Shown: positions 29,430-39,162, counted from the first letter of the stretch. The stretch is 64,000 nt of DNA from an uncultured bacterium (GCA_963827865.1 CAWHCO010000001.1:111304-175303); one strand, 5' to 3'. Notes: a model not told the origin generated them from the sequence alone. Program-made: numbers and translations.

Positions 29430-31760
29430 CTACCCGAGGTCGGAACCGATGATGTCGGGCGCTGTGTCCTCGGACGCAATGCCACCCCGCTTGCTGAACC
29501 AGATGGCGAAGGCGAGCAGCGCCAACGCCACACCGATCACCGTACCGCGAACCTCCCAGCCGTAGCCCCGGATGACGAACGGCGCGACGAGAATCGCCAC
29601 CAGGTTCATCACCTTGATGAGCGGGTTGATCCCGGGCCCGGCGGTGTCCTTCAACGGATCCCCGACCGTGTCCCCTACGATGGCAGCCTTGTGGGCGGGA
29701 CTTCCCTTGCCCCCGTACATGCCGTCTTCGATCTTCTTCTTGGCGTTGTCCCAGATGGCACCCGTGTTGGACATGAACACCGCCATCAGCTGGCCGGTGA
29801 GAATGGCGCCGACGAGGAACCCGCCCAGGGCACCTGCACCGAGCCAGAAACCGACCAGGATCGGGGTGAAGATACCGAGGATCCCCGGCCCGAGGAGTTC
29901 CTTCTGTGCGGCTGTGGTCACGATGTTGACGCAGCGGCTGTAGTCCGGCTTCTCCTTCCACTCCATGATCCCCGGCTTCTCACGGAACTGACGCCGAACC
30001 TCTTCGACCACTTCGTAGGCGCCCCGACCCACAGCCTTCAGCGAGAAGGAACTGAACAGGAACGGAACGGCTCCTCCGATGAGCAGGCCGACGAAGACCT
30101 GGTACACGTTCACCTGGATCCCCACGGCCTCGAGCTTGCTCTCGCCGATGAAGGAGCTGAACAGGGATATGGCAGCCAGCACCGCAGTGGCGATGGCGAG
30201 GCCCTTGGTCAGTGCCTTCGTGGTGTTGCCGATGGCATCAAGCCAGGCCAGGTTGCGGCCCACATCTTCGGGAGCCTCGGTCCGCGACATCTCAAAGATC
30301 CCTTGGGCGTTGTCGGTGATCGGCCCGAACGTGTCCATCGCCAGAATGAAGCCGGTGGTCGTCAGCAGCCCGAGTCCGGCCAGCGCAATGCCGTAGGCGG
30401 CAAGCGCTGCATCACCGCCGAAGAGGAGGCCCGATGCCACGATGGTGATTCCGATAGCCACGATCGCCCACACGGAGCTCTCGAGGCCGGAGCCGAGTCC
30501 GGTGAGGAGCATCGTCGCCGGTCCCGTCCTGGTGGCTGCCGCCGTCTCGCTGGCGGCTGGGTAGTCGGGATGGGTGAATCTCCTGGTGAGCCACAGGTTG
30601 ACCAACGCGAGGCCGATGCCCACGGTGCATGCCGCGGCATACCGGTAGTCGGGACGCCCCATCGTCGGGTCGACGAGATAGAAGTGGGCGATCGCGAAGA
30701 ACCCCACCACCGATGAGAGGGCTGCCACCATGAATCCGGTGCTGATCGGTCGCATCGGATCGCGCAGCGGCTTGTCGCCCACCCGGACGCTGTTGATGCC
30801 CAGGATCGAAGTGAACACTCCGAGGGCACGCACCATCAGTGTGAAGAGCACGAGTTTCAGTGCGAAGCCGGCCGCGTCGGCACCGAAGTGGCTGAGGAAT
30901 TCTGGATCGAGGAGCGCGGCGGCAGCAAGGATGATGGCCGCCACCAGCGTCACCTCGTAGCTCTCAAAGACGTCGGCGGTCATCCCGGCACAGTCCCCGA
31001 CGTTGTCGCCCACATTGTCCGCGATGACCGCCGGGTTGCGAGCGTCGTCCTCGGGAATCCCGGCCTCGACCTTCCCAACCAGATCGGCGCCGACGTCTGC
31101 CGCTTTCGTGTAGATACCCCCACCGATTCGCATGAAAAGGGCGGCCAAGGAGCCCCCAAAACCGAATCCGACGAGCACCTTCATGGCATTGTCGCTGAAC
31201 AACAGGAAGATGACGGTGGCACCAAGCAGGCCGAAGCCGACCGTGAACATCCCGGATACTGCGCCGGCGCGAAAGCCCAGTTCCAGTGAGCTTCCGTAGC
31301 TGGTGAGCGCGGCGTTCGCAGTACGCACGTTGGCCTTCACCGCGAGCCACATCCCGACGTAGCCGGCCCCATAGGATGCCAGCACACCCATGATGAACCC
31401 GAGGGCGATCCCGACGGGGAGTGGAAGCTTGGAGCCCGCCGGAGTCACCGGATAGACGCTGCGGTACGCGAGCCACAGCACCACCGTGACCGCGATCACG
31501 AACCAGATCATCGTGCGGAACTGACGTCGCAAATACGTCATCGCACCATCTTCGATGTCTGCGGCAATCTCGCGCATCTTCTCGGAGCCCGCCGGCTGAC
31601 GCAGTACCTTTCGCACGAGGTAGTAGCCGTAGGCGAGAGCGATCAACGAAGACACGAGCACGCCCACCAGCACCAGCCAGTCGTCCCTGCCAAACGCGGG
31701 GAGCGTGACGTCACCCTCCCCAACGGCGAACGACCTCATCGCGGTCAGGACGCCCACCAC
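29430..31760 (-). CDS. hppA: Membrane-bound H+-translocating pyrophosphatase, K+-independent type
   Basis: DVGADLVGKVE, DNVGDNVGD, GDTVGDPLKD; GNTTKA has Lys at the K+-dependence position. Confidence 0.93.
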   Translation of the reverse strand: MVGVLTAMRSFAVGEGDVTLPAFGRDDWLVLVGVLVSSLIALAYGYYLVRKVLRQPAGSEKMREIAADIEDGAMTYLRRQFRTMIWFVIAVTVVLWLAYRSVYPVTPAGSKLPLPVGIALGFIMGVLASYGAGYVGMWLAVKANVRTANAALTSYGSSLELGFRAGAVSGMFTVGFGLLGATVIFLLFSDNAMKVLVGFGFGGSLAALFMRIGGGIYTKAADVGADLVGKVEAGIPEDDARNPAVIADNVGDNVGDCAGMTADVFESYEVTLVAAIILAAAALLDPEFLSHFGADAAGFALKLVLFTLMVRALGVFTSILGINSVRVGDKPLRDPMRPISTGFMVAALSSVVGFFAIAHFYLVDPTMGRPDYRYAAACTVGIGLALVNLWLTRRFTHPDYPAASETAAATRTGPATMLLTGLGSGLESSVWAIVAIGITIVASGLLFGGDAALAAYGIALAGLGLLTTTGFILAMDTFGPITDNAQGIFEMSRTEAPEDVGRNLAWLDAIGNTTKALTKGLAIATAVLAAISLFSSFIGESKLEAVGIQVNVYQVFVGLLIGGAVPFLFSSFSLKAVGRGAYEVVEEVRRQFREKPGIMEWKEKPDYSRCVNIVTTAAQKELLGPGILGIFTPILVGFWLGAGALGGFLVGAILTGQLMAVFMSNTGAIWDNAKKKIEDGMYGGKGSPAHKAAIVGDTVGDPLKDTAGPGINPLIKVMNLVAILVAPFVIRGYGWEVRGTVIGVALALLAFAIWFSKRGGIASEDTAPDIIGSDLG

Positions 31761-31936
31761 TACGCCTCGGCGCCGAGCCGAACGAGAAGGTCGTTGATCC
31801 TCACCTCGACAGCCTTGAGCTGGTCCTTGTAGGTGGAGACGGTCGCGCTGTAGATCTCCTCGCGTAGCTGTCCGAATCGGCCCTGCAGGATCTCGACCAG
31901 CAGTTCGCGCTCGACGCCACTCAGTTCAAGCTGCAT
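31760..31936 (-). CDS. 58-aa helical protein translationally coupled to hppA (not in ORF track)
   Basis: MQLELSGVERELLVEILQGRFGQLREEIYSATVSTYKDQLKAVEVRINDLLVRLGAEA*; TAG overlaps hppA GTG (TAGTG). Confidence 0.7.
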   Translation of the reverse strand: MQLELSGVERELLVEILQGRFGQLREEIYSATVSTYKDQLKAVEVRINDLLVRLGAEA

Positions 31937-31997
31937 AGATACCCCCGATCAGCCGCGATCGGCTCCCTTCGACTCGAGCGCCGACGCAGCTAGTTGC

Positions 31998-32279
31998 CTA
32001 GAGTTCGGTCAGCAGCTGGAGGAAGTCGTCCCGATCCACGGCGGGCATCGTGTGAGACTTCGCCCCGATCAAGTTGCCGATCTTCGCAGCGACCTTCATC
32101 GCCGCACGATTGTCCGGGCACTCGACGATCGACATGATGTCGTGGTGACCGAGAAGGCCGTAGACCGCAAGGATCTCACAGCCCTCGGCTGCGGCGATCT
32201 GTTGGACCTTGGCGAACCGCTGCGGGCCGCCACCCTCGATCGCTCCCGTGTAGTTGAACAGACTCACGTACTTGGACAC
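31998..32279 (-). CDS. GYD domain protein
   Basis: YVSLFNYT, YGLLGHHDIMSIVECPD. Confidence 0.8.
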   Translation of the reverse strand: MSKYVSLFNYTGAIEGGGPQRFAKVQQIAAAEGCEILAVYGLLGHHDIMSIVECPDNRAAMKVAAKIGNLIGAKSHTMPAVDRDDFLQLLTEL

Positions 32280-32404
32280 TGGGCTCTCCGATCTTCGATC
32301 TCCGCCTCACCATGCCGAGGTCGTGGCACGGCACAGGTACCAGTTTAGGAGCGGGATCCGCACCGCGCTGGGCCGACCTCGATGCTGCAGTGGAATGCAG
32401 CCCA

Positions 32405-32423
32405 GGTGTCGGAGGCGGGACTT
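32405..32423 (-). repeat. tRNA-Leu 3'-end copy (outermost att scar)
   Basis: GGTGTCGGAGGCGGGACTT matches 39918-39936 at 18/19 positions, same orientation. Confidence 0.75.
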
Positions 32424-32712
32424 CGTGTGACAGCAATGACCCCGGATAGCGACTCCGCGACTGGGTTGCAGGCTGATCGACGGGTAATATCTGTAGAGGC
32501 GCGCCGCGGCGAGTAGGCCTGAGTGCGCTGGTTTCCCATGGACCAGCCAGCATTTCTCGCCGCCCAGGGGGCGGGGCTCCCGCGGTGCTCGGGAGGCTGG
32601 TGGGCCAGTAGGTGGTCACCGGGATAGCCGGTACTCGATTCCGGCGGCGGGAGCGAGAGAGCTACGACTGAATGTGACATCATGGGCCGATGCCGGACCA
32701 CTGCCGCCTATC

Positions 32713-33897
32713 GTGACCGAGCCCACTCCCGCCCTAGCCGTCGACCATTCCCTCGACACTGAGGGCCAAACCGGGCGTCTGGCCACTCTCGCTGGCGGGC
32801 ACGCAGTTCACGACACATTCACCGCATTCCTCCCCCCACTCCTGCCCCGGTTCGTCGAGAAGTTTCGCTGTCAAATACCGCTGCCGGTATCTTGTCCACG
32901 TTTCTTCAGATCCCCGGACTTCTCCAACCGGTGATCGGCCATCTCGCTGACCGCACAACCCTGCGATGGATCGTGGTTCTTGGCCCCGGGGTCACGGCGA
33001 CTGCAATGAGCCTGCTCGGGTGGGCTCCCAACTATGCCGTTCTGGCGCTGTTCCTGCTGATAGCGGGGCTGAGCCACGCCGCTTTCCACGCGACTGCTCC
33101 TGTTGCCGTCGGATATCTCTCAGGTCGGCAACTCGGTCGCGGCATGGGATTCTGGATGGTAGGTGGCGAACTGGGCCGCACCCTCGGCCCTCTCATCGTC
33201 GTCAGTGCCCTTGCGCTGATGTCGATGCGATCAATGGCGGTTCTGGCCATAGCCGGAATAGCGACATCGGCCGTGCTGCACCTCCGCCTGAAAGATGTCT
33301 CCTCTGCGGAGCAGGGGCGATGGGGAGCGGATTCACTGGCGGGCCGCCGTCAAGGCAATGCGCGGGATGATGCTGATCCTGGCCGGGCTCATCGTGGTGC
33401 GGAGCATGATGATGATGGCCGTCACCATCTTCCTCCCGATCTTCCTCACCAATGAGGGCACCAGCATCTGGCTGGCTGGAGCGGCGCTCTCAATAGTCGA
33501 GGCGGCCGGGATCGCCGGAGCCTTCGCCGGCGGATGGGTCAGCGACCACATCGGCAGAAGGGCTGTGCTCGTGTTTGGCCATATCGCTGCACCGACCGCG
33601 CTGCTGCTCTTCCTTGCCGCTGATGGCTGGGCACGGATCGCAATGCTTCCCGTCATCGGATTCACTCTGCTGGCGGTCCCACCAGTCTTGATGGCATTGG
33701 TCCAGGAACGATTCCCCGAAACCAGGGCACTCGCCAACGGAGTGTACCTATCGCTCAACTTCGCCATCCGCTCGCTGGCCGCCATCAGTTTTGGTGCGGT
33801 TGGCGATGCATTCGGTCTGTCGACGGCAATGCTGGTGGCTGCCTTCGCGACCTTCGGTGGGCTGCCGCTGATATGGCTGTTGTTCCAGCGTTCGTAG
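32713..33897 (+). CDS. MFS transporter (Fsr-like), frameshifts near 32868 and 33300
   Basis: GHAVHDTFTAFLPPLLP, LQPVIGHLADR, GGELGRTLGP, GWVSDHIGRR spread over three frames. Confidence 0.8.
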
Positions 33898-34041
33898 AAC
33901 CTTCGATTGGTCACGGTGGATGAAGAGTGGCCTCGAATTCTCTTCCGTTTGAGAAGGCTGCAGGTATCAGCGCCACCCGATCGGCCGGGCGGTGCATCCA
34001 GTTCAGCAAGGCAACTCTTCTCCCTACGGTCTTCAGGTCGT

Positions 34042-34761
34042 CTACTTCTCCATGCTCGGTTTCCACACCTTCCACACATTCCCGACGAGATCGGGTCCGG
34101 GTTTCAGAGTGAGATCGCCGGGCATCCAGCCGGCCGGTGTTGCCTCGCTGCCCTCGGACTCCCGCACCAGCTGGTAGGCGTTGATCTGGCGGATCGTCTC
34201 ATCGATGCGCCGCCCGACGGGTGGTGTGAGCACCTCCATCGCCTGGATGACACCGTCGGGATCAATGATGAACCGGCCGCGCATCTCGATGCCCTGGGTT
34301 TCGTCCCATACGCCGTATGCCCGTCCGATGTTGCCGGCCTGATCCGATGCCATGGCGAAGGCTATTCCGCCATCGACCATCTTCGTCAGCTCATGGTCGT
34401 TCCACATCTTGTGGACGAAATGGCTGTCGACACTGACCGAGATGACCTCGACGCCGAGTTCCTGTAGGTCTGCATACCTGTCGGCGACCGCCGACACTTC
34501 GGTTGCTCAAACGAAGGTGAAATCGCCTGGGTAGAAGCACAACAACAGCCATTTCCCGGCATAGTCCGCCAGTTTGACCTGCGTGAAGCCACCCTTGTGA
34601 TAGGCGGGGGCTGTGAAGTCAGGGGCCCGCTGCCCCACGGTTGCGCTCACATCAACCTCCTGTACTGCGTCGTCGGATCGACTCGGCTCAGAGACGTGCG
34701 AGGGCGTTTCGACCCCAACGGTTCCAGTGACCCGGCCACATCCGACTGCCTCATCGACCAT
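34042..34761 (-). CDS. prxU: Selenocysteine-containing peroxiredoxin (AhpC/PrxU type), in-frame TGA at 34509-34507
   Basis: FYPGDFTFV-TGA-ATE places TGA exactly at the peroxidatic Cys of FYPxDFTFVCPTE; frame continues into SVDSHFVH, RGRFIIDPDG; SD before ATG 34761. Confidence 0.92.
34479..34496 (-). promoter_or_regulatory. Bacterial SECIS element
   Basis: 10 nt after the UGA: stem UGUCGGC/GCCGACA with GGUC apical loop, the same loop and similar spacing as E. coli fdhF SECIS. Confidence 0.85.
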
Positions 34762-35154
34762 CGTTATCCTTCTCGGCAGTTGGTCCAAGGATAGCCAATC
34801 ACGGCGAGGCCCCAATTGTGATCTCGATGCACATCCGAGGCGGTGAGTCCCTTGTTGTTGGGAGCGCCCCGGCCGGGATTCCAGGTTCGTTGAGAGATGT
34901 AACTCGCGCACGTGTCGTCACAGTGAAGACGTACCCTTCGCGCGGCAAGTAGCCAGGCGGGAGGTGCGAGCGCTCCGGGCCAGAAGCCGCCCCGCCTTCG
35001 CGTGCCTCAAGGTCTGCGCCCAGGCCGCCGATACATTGGATACGTACAAAAGATACGCTCATGAGAGCGAACGCCTGGTTTTGGCACGGACCCCCCCGGG
35101 AAGTCCGGCCACCGAGGCTTGACGCGACCTCTCCCGAAGACGAAGAGGTCCATC

Positions 35155-35694
35155 ATGCGTAAACCCCGAATCATCTCGCCGGGCCGTGTAGTCGCTGCCT
35201 CGGTTGCTTGCCTCCTTGCCCTCAGCATCGCCGCGCCGGCGTCCGCACAGACGCCAGTGACGCTCACCATCACCGGTGGTGCGCTGCAGATCACCGTCCC
35301 CGTCGCCCCCGTCGTCCTTGGCACCATCGTCAACACGGTGGATGGTGGGACGGTCAGCGGGCAGCTGGGTGTGGTGCAGGTGAGCGACGCCCGCAGCGCA
35401 GCAGCCGGCTCCGGCTGGGTCGCCAGCGCTATCTCCTCCGCCTTCACACCGCCGGCTGGCCCGGCGATCGCTGCCAGTGCCGTCGGCTACGCCGCCGGTA
35501 CCATCACCAAGGTTGGCACGGCCACCTACACCGCGAACGATCCAGGCGACCTCACCGGCGTCAGCCCGGTCGTGACGGCAACGGGAATCACCGGCGACAA
35601 CTCGGCCAGCTGGAACCCGACAATCACCGTCACCGTACCCGGAGGCATGGCAGCCGGTGTGTACTCCGCGACAATCACCCACTCGGTGTCGTAG
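35155..35694 (+). CDS. Secreted WxL-like cell-surface protein
   Basis: Signal peptide (APASA), VSDARSAAAGSGWVAS resembles the WxL-domain VxDxR...GW motif, C-terminal YSATITHS. Confidence 0.6.
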   Translation: MRKPRIISPGRVVAASVACLLALSIAAPASAQTPVTLTITGGALQITVPVAPVVLGTIVNTVDGGTVSGQLGVVQVSDARSAAAGSGWVASAISSAFTPPAGPAIAASAVGYAAGTITKVGTATYTANDPGDLTGVSPVVTATGITGDNSASWNPTITVTVPGGMAAGVYSATITHSVS

Positions 35695-35701
35695 CGCACT
35701 C

Positions 35702-36718
35702 ATGGGCGCATCGCTGCTGTTCGGTCGATGCGGTCGGCAGATCCTCGCCGCGCTCATCCTGATCGTCTTGGTGCACGCTCCGGCACACGCATCGGCCGCG
35801 TCGAACTCCCCGACCGATGATCTCGGCGGTATCGGTGTCCGGCTTCTCGACAAACCTGCTGATGCGGGCGAGGACCCCAGAGCACTGTTGTACATCGTGG
35901 ATCACCTCGCGCCAGGATCGCTGATCAGTCGAAGGATCGAGGTCACCAACACCACCTCTGAATCTGCGGCCGTATCGATGTATGCCGCCGCCGCCGGGAT
36001 CGAAGGTGGCCATTTCGTGGTCGCGGACGGACACACACCGAACGACCTGTCGACCTGGTGCACGGTGCTTCCGGCCATGAAAGATGTACCGGCCGGCGGC
36101 GCTGCCACAGTCACCGTGACGATCAACGTGCCAGCAGATGCCGCCGCGGGGGAACGCTACGGGGTGGTGTGGGCAGAGGTCCGATCTGGCGCCGCGTCGG
36201 GGATCGTTCAAGTCAACCGCGTGGGCATTCGCCTCTACGTTTCGGTGGGAACAGGCGCGCCTCCGGCCGCGAATTTCACGATCGATTCCCTGACGGCCCA
36301 ACGATCGCCTGACGGCTTGCCCACGGTGCTCGCCACTGTGCACAACACCGGCGGACGGGCGCTCGACCTGGCCGGCTCACTCGAGATGCTGAACGGTCCC
36401 GGAGGGCTCTCCGCAGGCCCGTTTCCGGTCACCCCCGGCTTCACCCTCGCCATCGGTTCCAGCGGGCAAGTTACGATCGCGCTCGATGAGCGCGTGCCCG
36501 ACGGCCCGTGGGACGCGACATTGACACTGCACAGTGGACTCCTCGAACGAAGCGCCACGGCGTCCATCATCTTTCCCGAATCCGGCTCGGCGCTACCGGT
36601 TCCTACGACTGCCGTCGAAGAAGCATTCCCGTTCGCCGCCATCGGTCTCGCCGTCGCCCTTGTACTGTGCGGCCTCGTCCTGCTCTTCATGCTCTCGCAA
36701 CGCAGGCGCCACGCCTAG
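35702..36718 (+). CDS. DUF916-like (WxL-interacting) protein with C-terminal TM anchor
   Basis: Signal peptide, YIVDHLAPG...RRIEVTN, VNRVGIRLY, VHNTGGR, TM helix followed by RRRH. Confidence 0.6.
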   Translation: MGASLLFGRCGRQILAALILIVLVHAPAHASAASNSPTDDLGGIGVRLLDKPADAGEDPRALLYIVDHLAPGSLISRRIEVTNTTSESAAVSMYAAAAGIEGGHFVVADGHTPNDLSTWCTVLPAMKDVPAGGAATVTVTINVPADAAAGERYGVVWAEVRSGAASGIVQVNRVGIRLYVSVGTGAPPAANFTIDSLTAQRSPDGLPTVLATVHNTGGRALDLAGSLEMLNGPGGLSAGPFPVTPGFTLAIGSSGQVTIALDERVPDGPWDATLTLHSGLLERSATASIIFPESGSALPVPTTAVEEAFPFAAIGLAVALVLCGLVLLFMLSQRRRHA

Positions 36719-36808
36719 ACGATCTCCATTCATGCCGGATTCGACAGGAGCCGCCAGGTTTCCTGCATCTTCAGTGCGGTATTCGTCGTGAAATGCCAAC
36801 CGCAGGCC

Positions 36809-36833
36809 TGTGACCTGGGGTTGGTGTCGGAGG
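36809..36833 (-). repeat. tRNA-Leu 3'-end copy (att scar) with arm-like motif
   Basis: GGTGTCGGAGG (36823-36833) identical to 39918-39928; preceded on + strand by TGTGACCTGGGGTT. Confidence 0.65.
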
Positions 36834-36867
36834 AGCTCCACTTTGTCCACATCGAGAGATCGGTTCC

Positions 36868-37104
36868 CTATGCCTTGGGGAGCCCCAACCGCGCCGCCCT
36901 TGTCCGCTCCGCTGCCTCACGTTCGTGCCGTGATGGCTGGAGCGCGCTCTCGTCTTCCAGCCGCTCGCGTTGCATCACGTCGTCGTGATCGAGGCGTTCC
37001 TTCGACACCCGTCTGTACATGAGCACCGACGCCGCGGTCACCGCCACGGCTGTCAAAGCGATAATCTCCACGGCGTTCAAACGCTTCTTCTCCTCTGCCC
37101 CCAT
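36868..37104 (-). CDS. Hypothetical single-TM protein
   Basis: 78 aa with hydrophobic stretch IIALTAVAVTAASVLMY and charged tail; no motif recognised. Confidence 0.45.
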   Translation of the reverse strand: MGAEEKKRLNAVEIIALTAVAVTAASVLMYRRVSKERLDHDDVMQRERLEDESALQPSRHEREAAERTRAARLGLPKA

Positions 37105-37300
37105 CGTAGACAACACGTTCGCTCGTGGCCTATGCATCAACGCTGCTGCGTTCGAGTCGTTCGTAGTCGGAGTGTCCGCCAGCCGCTCGATCACCTACGA
37201 CGCTAACGGTCGCACCGGTTGGTTCGTGTTGTCACCGATCAGTCCCGGCTGTCTTGCGACCCAAACCAGTGGAGGCTTGCCGTGCCAGGGACGAGTACGG

Positions 37301-37615
37301 TCAATCCAGCACGACGCCGGTGCCATACGCGAGGATCTCCGACGCGTTCTGCATCACCATCGATGTCGCGAAGCGCATTCCGATGATGGCATTGGCCCCT
37401 TGGCCCTCCGCATCTTCGACCATCCGGGCGAGGGCCTGTTCGCGAGACTCGCCCATCATCTTGGTGTACTCGACGATCTCGCCACCGACCATGTTCCGGA
37501 ACGCCGCCATGATGTCTTTCCCGACGTGTCGCGCACGGATGGTGTTGCCCTTGACGAGGCCGATCGTTCTTGTCACCGTGCGTCCCTCGATCGAATCCGC
37601 TGTTGTGATGATCAT
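37301..37615 (-). CDS. YbjQ/UPF0145 family protein
   Basis: GLVKGNTIRARHVGKDIMA...GANAIIGMRF...AYGTGV. Confidence 0.92.
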   Translation of the reverse strand: MIITTADSIEGRTVTRTIGLVKGNTIRARHVGKDIMAAFRNMVGGEIVEYTKMMGESREQALARMVEDAEGQGANAIIGMRFATSMVMQNASEILAYGTGVVLD

Positions 37616-37827
37616 CGTTGCACCTCCTTGAAGTCGTCATCTCGTGACTCGGATAGCCGATCCTTGACCACCAAGCCGACAAGGATGAGCGCCCCAATGG
37701 CGACCGCGCCCACTGCAACCCTGACCAGGATGGGGATTTGGTCAGAGAGGAAGAAGCCTTTGACGGACCAACCGATGAGAACGAGCGCCCCCGCTCCGAT
37801 CAGGAGATACGCGGCTCTCTGCATCAT
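37612..37827 (-). CDS. Small two-TM membrane protein
   Basis: Two hydrophobic helices; stop overlaps the YbjQ-family start (ATGA). Confidence 0.7.
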   Translation of the reverse strand: MMQRAAYLLIGAGALVLIGWSVKGFFLSDQIPILVRVAVGAVAIGALILVGLVVKDRLSESRDDDFKEVQR

Positions 37828-38107
37828 TGCACCTCACGATCAGTCGGAATCCAAGATCGCCACCCCAACGATACTCGCCCACCCGACGCGTGGGCCGCTG
37901 TCGGCCAACGCTTGCTCGCCACGCTCCTCCATGGAAGCGAGAGCCCGAGTCGCCACCCACATCGTCGTCATGTACGGCCCTGACGACCTTCCCAAACGAA
38001 CGACGCCCACATCCGCCGGCAACACGGTCGGGCCATCTGCAAAGAACTCGGCGTCAAACTCCCCACTACCCCGACGGACGAGTACGCGTAGCCGCGGGCG
38101 CACGTCA

Positions 38108-38145
38108 TGTACCTGAGGTTCGTGTCGGAGGGACGACTTCAACCC
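38108..38145 (-). repeat. tRNA-Leu 3'-end copy (att scar) with arm-like motif
   Basis: GTGTCGGAGGGACGACTTCAACCC (38122-38145) matches 39919-39942 at 21/24; preceded by TGTACCTGAGGTT. Confidence 0.8.
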
Positions 38146-38292
38146 TAAGTACACGCGAACCGTGGGAGGCATGGCTGCTCGCCGCGTGAGGTGATCGTTG
38201 AGGCGCTTCTGGTAATGCCCGGAATGTGTAGAGACTCAACAACAGCCTGCTCAGAGTGCTCTCTCGGCCGTGCAAACCGAACGAACTGCGGT

Positions 38293-38631
38293 TCAGAGTT
38301 CGAGTAGAAAACGAAGGACCCGGCTGATCTCGAAGATCACATGAGGACCGACCTGACCGAGACGGGTGATCAGCCGCTGCTCGGAAACCGACTTGAGGTC
38401 CTCGCATTTCGCATAGCTCACCACGTCAAGACCCGAATCACCGGAATCGATCTCAATGTGGGACGGAAGGCCTCGACGGGTGGTCGTGCAGGGGACGACC
38501 ATGATCACACCGGCTGGACCCTCATTGAGCGCATCTGCCGAAATCACCACGGCCGGGCGACGGCCGGATTGTTCCCGTCCGATCGGCTCCCCGAAGTCAA
38601 CCAGCCAGATCTCACCTCTCCGCGGTGTCAT
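38293..38631 (-). CDS. mazF: PemK/MazF family endoribonuclease toxin
   Basis: RRGEIWLVDF, REQSGRRPAVVIS, VVPCTT, CEDLKSVS. Confidence 0.92.
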   Translation of the reverse strand: MTPRRGEIWLVDFGEPIGREQSGRRPAVVISADALNEGPAGVIMVVPCTTTRRGLPSHIEIDSGDSGLDVVSYAKCEDLKSVSEQRLITRLGQVGPHVIFEISRVLRFLLEL

Positions 38632-38867
38632 CAGGACTGGTCACCGACAGTGCCGTATTCCAGAGCACGCTCAGCTTCTATCTCAGCCCACGCCGACCGA
38701 TCATCGCGGAGTTCCTCGAACCGCTTGCTCATCTCGTCGAAGAAGAGGCGTCGTTCGAGCGCATCGGCTGCCTCGTCTAGCAGTTGGGTCATCGGACGTC
38801 CGGTGGTATCTGCAAGCCTTGCGAACCGATCGCGGGTGCTCTCACTCACTCTGATCGTGGTACTCAT
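38631..38867 (-). CDS. Ribbon-helix-helix antitoxin
   Basis: MSTTIRVSESTRDRF RHH N-terminus, acidic C-terminus, TGATG coupling to the toxin. Confidence 0.82.
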   Translation of the reverse strand: MSTTIRVSESTRDRFARLADTTGRPMTQLLDEAADALERRLFFDEMSKRFEELRDDRSAWAEIEAERALEYGTVGDQS

Positions 38868-38873
38868 AGACTG

Positions 38874-38904
38874 AGCATACTAGATAGTAGACCAATTCGT
38901 CTAC
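38874..38904 (-). promoter_or_regulatory. Leaderless TA promoter with palindromic operator
   Basis: TAGACG-N18-TATGCT, 6 nt before ATG 38867; perfect inverted repeat GTAGAC-N6-GTCTAC (38887-38904) over the -35. Confidence 0.7.
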
Positions 38905-39012
38905 ATCTCCCCCGCCGGATATCTTAGAAGCAGGATGCGACCTCCGCGCAACCCGCCGACTCGACCGGTCTCTACCACCAGTCAAAGGATCACGTGGCGG
39001 CACGAGCACCCA

Positions 39013-39053
39013 TGTGCCTGGGGTTTCTTCGTGTCGGAGGAGCGATCCGAACC
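39013..39053 (-). repeat. tRNA-Leu 3'-end copy (att scar) with arm-like motif
   Basis: GTGTCGGAGGAGCGATCCGAACC (39031-39053) matches 39919-39941 at 18/23; preceded by TGTGCCTGGGGTT. Confidence 0.72.
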
Positions 39054-39133
39054 ATTTCCCCACGGGGCGGGCCTACGGACGAGTTCCTGGTAGCTGCGTG
39101 ATCGTTGACTTGAGCATGCTTGGCCCGACAGGA

Positions 39134-39162
39134 TTGATGCGACACGACGGTGTGTGTATACT
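39134..39162 (+). promoter_or_regulatory. Leaderless sigma-A promoter with operator for vapBC
   Basis: TTGATG-N17-TATACT, 6 nt before ATG 39169; palindrome ACAC-GACG-GTGT (39142-39153) in the spacer. Confidence 0.72.

Noticed and set aside
32424-32700. GC-rich gap as a possible tRNA-Sec or other ncRNA near prxU
   Set aside because: No cloverleaf, no UCA anticodon arm and no recognisable riboswitch motif.
35030-35058. Three GATAC direct repeats upstream of the WxL-like gene
   Set aside because: Short and irregularly spaced; cannot support a binding-site call.
37840-38172. ORF crossing the 38122 scar
   Set aside because: Its start lies across the att scar, no SD or recognisable motif; at most a truncated fragment.
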